Part shown: positions 29,589-36,243 of the stretch, piece after piece
How positions within the stretch are numbered: the first letter of the stretch is position 1
Layout of the letters: each line of letters begins with the position of its first letter
Virus record (IMG/VR): IMGVR_UViG_3300007735_000804
Coordinates: 1-64,000 of that record
Length of the DNA stretch: 64,000 nt
Reading direction: 5' to 3' (one strand)
Notes under the pieces: model-generated
Database searches by the model: none
What the model was told of the DNA's origin: nothing
Seen by the model: only the letters and a program-made list of their open reading frames with translations
Made by a program: the position numbers and the translations under genes

Positions 29589-29653
29589 ATGAGTATTGTT
29601 TTTTTTATAATTATACTAAAAAAGATGGGTTTATGCAACCCACCTTCATGTAC

Positions 29654-30057
29654 TCAGGCTCGCCACCAATTCTTTGACTGGAAATTGGAAACCAGGCGGG
29701 AGAGAGTCCCATCCGCACCACTTGCTTTTTAATGGAAAAGCAAGAAACCATAAGGGGTCAGATTGACTCCACCACTTGGTTTTAGGAAACCAAGAAAAGT
29801 TGGGTTAACTTTGATAGTTCGGTAATACCAAAGAATGCTATCAGAAATAGCACGTCCCAGAGTTTAAGTTTGATAGCAAAAGGAATACCAAAGAGTCCTC
29901 CGATAAACTTAATTGCTAGACCAAACTTAAAGTTTCCCCACAACATAACTTGATAACCAAGCATTAGGAGAAAGTTTCCAAGATACCTCAAGATACTTGA
30001 TTTAGACATAAGGGGTTTGCTCCCGACCAGGGCTTAGTTTTGAGTCATAACCGAGAC
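29654..30057 (-). ncRNA. manA-like structured RNA, interrupted by a 75-codon ORF
   Basis: 5' part GTCTCGGTTATGAC...CCCTGGTCGGGA; three TTTC-hairpin-TGGYG units at 29661-29797; upstream of sugar genes; family assignment from recall. Confidence 0.6.
29782..30009 (-). CDS. Small multi-TM membrane protein
   Basis: 75 aa with three hydrophobic segments; stop codon lies in the loop of an RNA hairpin. Confidence 0.65.
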   Translation of the reverse strand: MSKSSILRYLGNFLLMLGYQVMLWGNFKFGLAIKFIGGLFGIPFAIKLKLWDVLFLIAFFGITELSKLTQLFLVS

Positions 30058-30293
30058 TATTCATCATCGTCTTTTACATAACAAGGAACTCGATCTGGAT
30101 CTAACCATTTCGCATACTCAATATCCTCCATTGCAGTAGAACATTGTAGAACATTATCAAAAAGATAAATGTCATTCCAGCGTTTTGTATAGTAATTTTG
30201 TTTTTGTAAACGATAATCGGGGTTACCGTTTATTTCAAGGATACCTGCTTCAACAAAACGATATCCTTCACGCTCCAGGAGAACCTTACTCAC
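30057..30293 (-). CDS. Hypothetical cyanophage protein
   Basis: 78 aa, coupled to the upstream gene. Confidence 0.65.
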   Translation of the reverse strand: MSKVLLEREGYRFVEAGILEINGNPDYRLQKQNYYTKRWNDIYLFDNVLQCSTAMEDIEYAKWLDPDRVPCYVKDDDE

Positions 30294-30502
30294 GCTTCAA
30301 CTGCCTCAAGATCGCTGGCGACATACTCCATAAGCATTTCGTAGTCGTCAAGGGGGTCACCAGAAAATACCACTCCTTCATTTTCGTAGAAGCGGCGCAC
30401 CTTTTTATAAAGTTTCGGACTCTTTACATCAAGATAGATTTCCCCGTTAGCAGCAAGACGGAGAGTGCTAACATCTTTTTTGAATTTTTGAATCAGAGAC
30501 AT
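30290..30502 (-). CDS. Hypothetical cyanophage protein
   Basis: Probable start MSLIQKF, after a TTGACT/TATAAT promoter. Confidence 0.65.
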   Translation of the reverse strand: MSLIQKFKKDVSTLRLAANGEIYLDVKSPKLYKKVRRFYENEGVVFSGDPLDDYEMLMEYVASDLEAVEA

Positions 30503-30577
30503 TGTTTTGAATTGTTGCCTTAGTATTATAAGGGTTGTTGAGTGTTTAGTCAAGTGTGCCAGTGAAGTAACTGGCAA

Positions 30578-30651
30578 TCGGGCATAGAGGATTTGAACCT
30601 CTGGCCTTTCCGCCCCAAACGGAACGCGCTACCAAACTGCGCTAATGCCCG
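30578..30651 (-). tRNA. tRNA-Pro(UGG)
   Basis: Cloverleaf; TTCCG-TT TGG GG-CGGAA; GGTTCAAATCC. Confidence 0.93.
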
Positions 30652-30691
30652 TTGCGTTGAGTGGTCTTGCCTCCCAACAGAAGTAATTATA

Positions 30692-30844
30692 CTACTTCTT
30701 GTGCCCCCTGTCAAACGGAGCCCAGTGCTGCCATCCGTATTTATGAATTGCCCAGATACCCATAATAGGCAGAACAATCAAAAGATATCCAATAATACCA
30801 AGAGTATAAGGATTTTCTAATACCCATCTTGCAAAGTGTCCCAT
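30692..30844 (-). CDS. 50-aa single-TM protein (not in ORF track)
   Basis: MGHFARWVLENPYTLGIIGYLLIVLPIMGIWAIHKYGWQHWAPFDRGHKK; TAATG coupling. Confidence 0.65.
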   Translation of the reverse strand: MGHFARWVLENPYTLGIIGYLLIVLPIMGIWAIHKYGWQHWAPFDRGHKK

Positions 30845-31065
30845 TAATATCCCCTCCAAGTCTTAAATTCGTAGTAAAAATATTGGTCAAGAATTTTATC
30901 ATCTAATGGAGCATTCTCTTCCCTATGTGCCCACTCAACACAGAAATCTACAATCTTATGGTCGTGTAATGAACTATGTCCCCACATTCTTACGAATGCA
31001 GTTGCAGCAAAGTGATATCGTTGCCTAATGTGCGGTTCCGTTTCCCTTATAATCTTTGGAGTCAT
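30844..31065 (-). CDS. Hypothetical cyanophage protein
   Basis: 73 aa ending YFYYEFKTWRGY. Confidence 0.6.
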   Translation of the reverse strand: MTPKIIRETEPHIRQRYHFAATAFVRMWGHSSLHDHKIVDFCVEWAHREENAPLDDKILDQYFYYEFKTWRGY

Positions 31066-31147
31066 AGTATCCTCCTTTTGTTCCGAAATAGAGTGTTGTT
31101 AAAACAAACGGGACTGAAACAAATAAAAGTGCTTTTGCGAGTAACAT
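31025..31147 (-). CDS. ndhP: NDH-1L small subunit NdhP homologue, 40 aa (not in ORF track)
   Basis: MLLAKALLFVSVPFVLTTLYFGTKGGYYDSKDYKGNGTAH matches the NdhP TM plus FGTxNGFYDxDxYHGNGSAH signature. Confidence 0.85.
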   Translation of the reverse strand: MLLAKALLFVSVPFVLTTLYFGTKGGYYDSKDYKGNGTAH

Positions 31148-31314
31148 TATGAAAATACTCCTGGAACATAATCAATTCTTTCACGAAGTTCATCTAGAAG
31201 GACGCCATACTCCTTGAACCTTCTATCACCAGCAATGAAACATCTTTGTCTCATCCATACTGCATCTGCGATTAATTTTAGTTCGTAATCTGAAAAATCT
31301 TTAAAGCGTTCCAT
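31147..31314 (-). CDS. 55-aa micro-protein, paralogue of 7384..7545
   Basis: Core ADAVWMRQRCFIAGDRRFKEYG. Confidence 0.75.
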   Translation of the reverse strand: MERFKDFSDYELKLIADAVWMRQRCFIAGDRRFKEYGVLLDELRERIDYVPGVFS

Positions 31315-31321
31315 ATTTCTC

Positions 31322-31417
31322 CTAGTGGGGTGGATATGCATGATTGAGTCCCCATACAATGAAGCACCCTATCGCACCAAAAATAGTTAATGCCTTGAAC
31401 AATAGATTAGTATTCAT
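31322..31417 (-). CDS. 31-aa single-TM peptide resembling the NdhQ C-terminus
   Basis: MNTNLLFKALTIFGAIGCFIVWGLNHAYPPH versus recalled NdhQ ...ILGFIAGLIWWALHTAY. Confidence 0.45.
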   Translation of the reverse strand: MNTNLLFKALTIFGAIGCFIVWGLNHAYPPH

Positions 31418-31511
31418 TATCCTCATCCTCGTAAGTAGATGGTTCTTCTATCTTTTGCTGTAAAACTCTTTGTTGTAGTTCTTGAATATCTTCGTCCGTA
31501 ATAGATATCAT
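31407..31511 (-). CDS. 34-aa acidic micro-protein
   Basis: MISITDEDIQELQQRVLQQKIEEPSTYEDEDNEY; ATGA coupling. Confidence 0.5.
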   Translation of the reverse strand: MISITDEDIQELQQRVLQQKIEEPSTYEDEDNEY

Positions 31512-31687
31512 TTGTCCTTGAGTAGTTCTTCTATTCTTTGACGCATATTTATGCTGTCCTGTTTCATATAGTCCCGAAGAGAATATCCCTTCTGACCTCT
31601 CATAATACAGGTGCCTTGATAGAACATCGTGGCTGCAAATACTAACAGGAGAACGATACCAATTATTTCAGGGTAATGTTGAGCCAT
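31508..31687 (-). CDS. 59-aa single-TM protein
   Basis: MAQHYPEIIGIVLLLVFAATMFYQG...RIEELLKDK. Confidence 0.6.
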   Translation of the reverse strand: MAQHYPEIIGIVLLLVFAATMFYQGTCIMRGQKGYSLRDYMKQDSINMRQRIEELLKDK

Positions 31688-31869
31688 GGTAGTACTGGTG
31701 GAATAACTCCGATAAGTCTTAACAATCCTTCAGCAAATAGAGCAAGAACCACCCAACCAACACACATAGAAATAATGGAAGCATTCCGATTGTGTTGTCG
31801 TATAGCAGCATCAATCATCTCCTGGACTTCAGAACGAGATACATAATCGTCATCAAACGGTTCCATCAT
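31663..31869 (-). CDS. Small membrane protein
   Basis: HNRNASIISMCVGWVVLALFAEGLLRL. Confidence 0.65.
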   Translation of the reverse strand: MMEPFDDDYVSRSEVQEMIDAAIRQHNRNASIISMCVGWVVLALFAEGLLRLIGVIPPVLPWLNITLK

Positions 31870-32015
31870 TTCTCATCTCCAAGAAACTTTGCAAGAGGAT
31901 CCTTGCGAGTTTTAACTATTTCAACTGCTCTCTTGTAGAACATATTATCCATGTTCCCAGAGGCTTCAAAAGTCTCCTTGATCTTCACCCAGTTCTCATA
32001 GGTGTGCTGATCCAT
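31866..32015 (-). CDS. 49-aa hypothetical protein, first gene after an early promoter
   Basis: MDQHTYENWVKIKETFEASGNMDNMFYKRAVEIVK... Confidence 0.65.
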   Translation of the reverse strand: MDQHTYENWVKIKETFEASGNMDNMFYKRAVEIVKTRKDPLAKFLGDEK

Positions 32016-32131
32016 AGGTTTAAAGTTTGAATACTACTAGTTATGCTAGTGAGTAATTCTACTATGTCAAGTTTGTGTTGATATAAAAATATACATTAAG
32101 ACAATCTTAAAATTGTAATATTTTTTTTAAA

Positions 32132-32215
32132 CGGAAAGGGTGGGATTCGAACCCACGGTGCTATTAACACGACAGTTTTCAAGACTGTTTCCTTAAACCA
32201 CTCGGACACCTTTCC
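32132..32215 (-). tRNA. tRNA-Ser(UGA)
   Basis: ACAGT-CT TGA AA-ACTGT; long variable arm. Confidence 0.93.
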
Positions 32216-32222
32216 ATATAAA

Positions 32223-32294
32223 TGGGAAATGCTAGATTTGAACTAGCGACCTCTGCGTTATCAGCACATTGCTCTACCGCTGAGCTAATCTCCC
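32223..32294 (-). tRNA. tRNA-Ile(GAU)
   Basis: TGTG-CT GAT AA-CGCA; cloverleaf. Confidence 0.9.
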
Positions 32295-32297
32295 ATA

Positions 32298-32389
32298 CGG
32301 AGGATGTTGGATTTGAACCAACGGATGCACTTAAAGTACATCGGGGGATTAGCAATCCCCTGCATTAAACCTAACTCTGCCAATCCTCC
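32298..32389 (-). tRNA. tRNA-Ser(GCU)
   Basis: GGGGA-TT GCT AA-TCCCC; long variable arm. Confidence 0.92.
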
Positions 32390-32646
32390 TATCGGATTTC
32401 AAAGTCTAGGCGTTTTACTTTACGCTGACGCCTTGCTTCCTGAAAAGCAAGATCTTCGTTTGAAAGAACACCAGACTTTGATTTTGTATGATAGGAGTTT
32501 AGCATAACGACAGATGATAAGTCAACTGCAGAGATCTTATCACCACGAATAGTTGACATATTGGGACAACCACACGTCACAGTTTTAGTAGGATGCCCCT
32601 CTAACTCCTTACCACAGGAGCGGCATCTGATTCTTAAATTATCCAT
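32389..32646 (-). CDS. Cys-rich (Zn-binding) hypothetical protein
   Basis: CRSCG...CGCPN. Confidence 0.7.
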   Translation of the reverse strand: MDNLRIRCRSCGKELEGHPTKTVTCGCPNMSTIRGDKISAVDLSSVVMLNSYHTKSKSGVLSNEDLAFQEARRQRKVKRLDFEIR

Positions 32647-32652
32647 TTTATA

Positions 32653-33090
32653 CTATTTTTCAGTAAATGAACGCAACATCCAAATGTATTTTCCGTGTGC
32701 TTCGTTTAGATCATCAAGAAGATTAATCGTTCCTCTTGACTTTTGCTCTTCCGCTTCAACAGCAGCAGCATCAAACATAGCAACTATTTTTTTATGATCC
32801 TCAAGAAGATCACGAATCATTTCCATTGAAGAAATGTTAGTCTTTGCTTCAGAAACCCCAGAAACTTCCAATACTCGTGAAAGAGAACTGATAGGTTTAA
32901 TACCTAAGAATCTCATATGTTCTGATAATCTATCAATCTCTTCCTGAATAGTAAGATATTGCTCCCCAAACAAATCATGAATCTGTTTAAAGTCTTCCCC
33001 TACAACATGCCAATGATAAACCCAAGTTTTCTGAAAGAGTAAAAAGAGCGATGCTTGCGTATCACTCAGAAGTTTATATAGAGATTCCAT
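32653..33090 (-). CDS. dps: Dps / ferritin-like DNA-protection protein
   Basis: YHWHVVG, IHDLF, IDRLSE, KYIWML. Confidence 0.9.
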   Translation of the reverse strand: MESLYKLLSDTQASLFLLFQKTWVYHWHVVGEDFKQIHDLFGEQYLTIQEEIDRLSEHMRFLGIKPISSLSRVLEVSGVSEAKTNISSMEMIRDLLEDHKKIVAMFDAAAVEAEEQKSRGTINLLDDLNEAHGKYIWMLRSFTEK

Positions 33091-33120
33091 TATACTTCTT
33101 TTTGAAAGTATTTATAAAAG

Positions 33121-33193
33121 TGCCCGATATAGGTTCCGCCCCTACCGATGCCTGCTTGTAAGGCAGGTCCCTTCACTAGCTGGGTCATCGGGC
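33121..33193 (-). tRNA. tRNA-Val(UAC) with atypical T-loop
   Basis: CCTGC-CT TAC AA-GCAGG; acceptor stem GCCCGAT/ATCGGGC; T-loop GGCGGAA. Confidence 0.75.
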
Positions 33194-33533
33194 AAAAAAT
33201 TAAAGTTTTTCCATCATATATTCTACAGTATTTGCTACATCATTCATAGCGTTCCGTAAATTTTCTCTTTGACCCGACTCTTGCCTTACGACTGGGCGAT
33301 GGTCGTCTGTAAGAGTCCAACGCCATTGATTCATATCCTTACAAAACCAGAGATTAATTTTCATTCTTGAAATACTCTAGTTCGATCCATTTGAGAAGAG
33401 TATTGTATGAATAGATTGCTGCTTCATTGCAATTATTCTTTTTCATATCTTGAATATAAAATTCAAGAGCATCAATAACCATCTCACGATCTTTTTGGGA
33501 AATAAGAGACATAAACCTCCTAACTCGTTATCT

Positions 33534-33568
33534 ATAATACATTAAAAAGGGGGTCTTGTCAACCCCCC
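33534..33568 (-). promoter_or_regulatory. Early promoter within a terminator hairpin
   Basis: GGGGGT-TGACAAG-ACCCCC-TTTTT; TTGACA-17-TATTAT. Confidence 0.7.
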
Positions 33569-33591
33569 ATTCTATATTATGTAGTTAGGTA

Positions 33592-33963
33592 TCAGAAGGA
33601 ATAACGCACCTTCAGTTCACCGCCCATATCAAACACTTTGGACAGTCCACCATATTCACCAGTCACTTTGGCATTCACACCAACATTCTTGGAAACTTTG
33701 GATTTCACACCAACTTCACCAACGGTCACATACTCATTACGGGTAGAACCAGTATTCCACTCATAACCAGGACCGATCTCACCAAAAACAACAACGTTCT
33801 TGGCAACTTTATCTTCATAACCGATACGCAGTTCGGTTTGTGCGGACTTATAGTTGCCGTCAGAAAGAGCAGTAGTGGTCTTGCTTTCTACATAAGGGCC
33901 AGCAAATGCAGCCGAAGCAAGGAAAGGAGTTGCAGCAACAGCTGCGATTGCGGATTTAAACAT
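33592..33963 (-). CDS. Small outer-membrane beta-barrel protein
   Basis: Signal peptide MFKSAIAAVAA...AFA, alternating beta-strands, C-terminal RYSF. Confidence 0.75.
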   Translation of the reverse strand: MFKSAIAAVAATPFLASAAFAGPYVESKTTTALSDGNYKSAQTELRIGYEDKVAKNVVVFGEIGPGYEWNTGSTRNEYVTVGEVGVKSKVSKNVGVNAKVTGEYGGLSKVFDMGGELKVRYSF

Positions 33964-34105
33964 AATAGTACCTCTATATTTTCTCGCAGAGTTTCCTGCG
34001 GATGTAAGGAGTTTCGACAAACTCCCTTTAGTTCAGTGACTCAACAAGTATTTGAGGTTTCATCACTTGATTTATTTAGATATTAACGGGAATTCGGTTT
34101 CCCGA

Positions 34106-34177
34106 AGCGGAGTATCGGATTCGAACCGACGACGAACTGCTTGGAAGGCAGTCATTCTACCACTGAATTAACTCCGC
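34106..34177 (-). tRNA. tRNA-Gly(UCC)
   Basis: ACTGC-CT TCC AA-GCAGT. Confidence 0.93.
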
Positions 34178-34223
34178 AAAGTGGGGGATTTCTCCCCCAA
34201 CACACTTCCTTCACACAAAAGAA

Positions 34224-34252
34224 AGTATAAGACATAATATGAATTATGTCAA
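34224..34252 (-). promoter_or_regulatory. Sigma70 promoter with a palindromic spacer
   Basis: TTGACA-17-TATACT; GACATAAT-N4-ATTATGTC inverted repeat. Confidence 0.75.
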
Positions 34253-34253
34253 G

Positions 34254-34326
34254 AGCCCCCGCTCGGAATCGAACCGAGAATCTTCCGCTTACAAGGCGGA
34301 TGCAGTAACCGTTATGCTACAAGGGC
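34254..34326 (-). tRNA. tRNA-Thr(UGU)
   Basis: TCCGC-CT TGT AA-GCGGA. Confidence 0.93.
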
Positions 34327-34330
34327 AAAT

Positions 34331-34538
34331 GGGTAACGAGTGCCCGTCACCCGCAGAAGACACTTTCTGCAATTTTCACTGCATTAGAGGGCAGTGAATA
34401 AAAACATTTCCAGTAGCCGCTCTTATCTCCCATAAGGAAGATGTAGGCATCGAACCTACAAAGGACAGTCCCGAAGAACTGCTGGGAATTCCACCCAGAA
34501 TGTAGTTTAGAAGAATCAGACATTTCCAATCCCTCTAA
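34331..34538 (-). ncRNA. Unidentified highly structured RNA between tRNA-Asn and tRNA-Thr
   Basis: Seven hairpins plus a possible TTAGAGG/CCTCTAA pseudoknot. Confidence 0.6.
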
Positions 34539-34610
34539 CTCCCCAACCTCGATTCGAACGAGGGACAGCAAAATTAACAGTTTTGAGTTCTACCACTGAA
34601 CTATTGGGGA
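34539..34610 (-). tRNA. tRNA-Asn(GUU)
   Basis: CAAAA-CT GTT AA-TTTTG. Confidence 0.92.
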
Positions 34611-34635
34611 ATGGTTTGGAGCATTATACTCCAAG

Positions 34636-34708
34636 CAGGGCAGGAGGGATTTGAACCCCCATCTTACATCTTAGAAGGATGGTGCATGATCCGTCATGCT
34701 GCTGCCCC
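34636..34708 (-). tRNA. tRNA-Arg(UCU)
   Basis: CATC-CT TCT AA-GATG; GGTTCAAATCC. Confidence 0.9.
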
Positions 34709-34726
34709 GTGTATGAAAGTATTATA

Positions 34727-35119
34727 TCAGTCCTTGGGGCAGTCGTCAACCCAAGGAGCACAGATTCTCATTTCTCCACCAAGCAGTCTCTGTGCCTCGC
34801 TGCCGTCTGGTGGTTTCTCAACATATCTAGGTTTCTTTATTAATTCGTTAATAATGCGATCATATTCAGGTGTAACATCATCAATCGCACGATCAACATC
34901 GCGTTTGATTCTACGCCCTAACTTCGCAGGATCTTTAATAACAAACTCATTAAGAATAGTTTGTGGGAAATATTTTCTTTGAATCTCATCCAATAAGTCC
35001 CAAAGTCCATCTTGAGATACCCCAGTGCATTGTGAGAGTGCTGCGATAATGGACAATAATACTATTCCGATTATAGCATATTGCTTTATGTCTGGTTTTT
35101 GTTTTCCAAACTTAAACAT
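34727..35119 (-). CDS. Membrane-anchored hypothetical protein
   Basis: N-terminal TM helix. Confidence 0.65.
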   Translation of the reverse strand: MFKFGKQKPDIKQYAIIGIVLLSIIAALSQCTGVSQDGLWDLLDEIQRKYFPQTILNEFVIKDPAKLGRRIKRDVDRAIDDVTPEYDRIINELIKKPRYVEKPPDGSEAQRLLGGEMRICAPWVDDCPKD

Positions 35120-35144
35120 AAAAGCGCAGCACTCTTACTATGTA

Positions 35145-35336
35145 TCACTCCTCTTCAGTAAATTCTGCAGTAGTTTTTTCTGTTGATTTTGGTTCTGGAA
35201 GGGTTACACCGATTTGAGTCAAATACTCAATTGCACCTTGGACTTTCCAAAACAATTCTCTATTTTGAGAAATTTGCTGATCTAAAGTAGATCTTTGTTG
35301 TAAAAGATTTTGAAGATGTTCTTGTTGTTCAGTCAT
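35145..35336 (-). CDS. Small coiled-coil protein
   Basis: Probable start MTEQQEHL. Confidence 0.55.
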   Translation of the reverse strand: MTEQQEHLQNLLQQRSTLDQQISQNRELFWKVQGAIEYLTQIGVTLPEPKSTEKTTAEFTEEE

Positions 35337-35395
35337 TGTTCTATAAAAAGTAAACAGTAAAAAGTAAGGGGGAGTCATTCCACTCCCCCTATATA

Positions 35396-36031
35396 TCAAA
35401 CTTCTACCATGATCAGTTTGGAAGCATACTCATGAGCATACGAAGTGCGGGCGCCATGATGCCCCCAACCAATCCAACTATACGCATAGTCCATATAACG
35501 GTTAATCGATTTACCAGGAGTCTTCATACGCTCCTCAATCTTTTGCCATTGGACCTCGTTTGTAAGATAACGAAGTTGCGTATCCAGAGATGATGGTGAC
35601 CCACCATTCCTTCTAGCAAAATCACCCAATCCATAATATCTGTTGGCAGATGTCCATTGAATCAGTCCGTAACCGCCGTAGCAATTACGCCAACTGGTTC
35701 TGCTACCACCTTCGCAAATGTTAGGAATAAAAGTTGATTCCTGACGAATATTACCCATGATGGTAGCAAGGGCGTTTCTGTCTTTAATACCACGATCCTG
35801 GAAGTATGCCAGGGTAGCATTCTCATGTTCATTACACCCTTTACAAATTAGCCTTTTCTCTTTTGGCTTTTCAGCGGGAGCAACCTCTTTGGTCGCTGTC
35901 GGTGTTTCAAACTCCTTAACGATTGCAAATGGCGGAGCATCTACAGGTGGAGGTGGAAACAGGGGCAGTGTTGCCGCATTGGTTGTAACCGTTGCCAGGA
36001 GAGGCAGGGCTACTGTAAAGAAATTTTGCAC
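35396..36031 (-). CDS. Secreted phage-tail-lysozyme-type cell-wall hydrolase
   Basis: IMGNIRQES, GYGLIQWT, QLRYL; probable GTG start and signal peptide. Confidence 0.8.
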   Translation of the reverse strand: MQNFFTVALPLLATVTTNAATLPLFPPPPVDAPPFAIVKEFETPTATKEVAPAEKPKEKRLICKGCNEHENATLAYFQDRGIKDRNALATIMGNIRQESTFIPNICEGGSRTSWRNCYGGYGLIQWTSANRYYGLGDFARRNGGSPSSLDTQLRYLTNEVQWQKIEERMKTPGKSINRYMDYAYSWIGWGHHGARTSYAHEYASKLIMVEV

Positions 36032-36243
36032 TAGTTTTAATTGAACTCTACATCCGTATAGAAAGGGGGTACACCCTCTTCTCAAAGGGCACTTTCCACG
36101 GCTCTAATTGTCACTCAAAGTCTCATTACGAGAAAACCCACCATAAGAATGGGTTTGTTCATAATAAGTTAATATTTATGATTTGTCAAGATGCCAGTTT
36201 AGAAAATGTCTTTCCTAAATAAGCTAGGTTCATATTTAAAAAA

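Noticed and set aside
30550-30820. ORFs on both strands over tRNA-Pro
   Set aside because: They overlap a canonical tRNA and a better-supported 50-aa gene.
34440-34462. Extra tRNA or intron-split tRNA at GTAGGTTCGATGCCTAC
   Set aside because: Only a T-arm-like hairpin; no acceptor or anticodon arms and no group I core motifs found.
34347-34571. 74-aa ORF
   Set aside because: It starts inside tRNA-Asn and runs over the hairpin-rich RNA, with no protein-like features.
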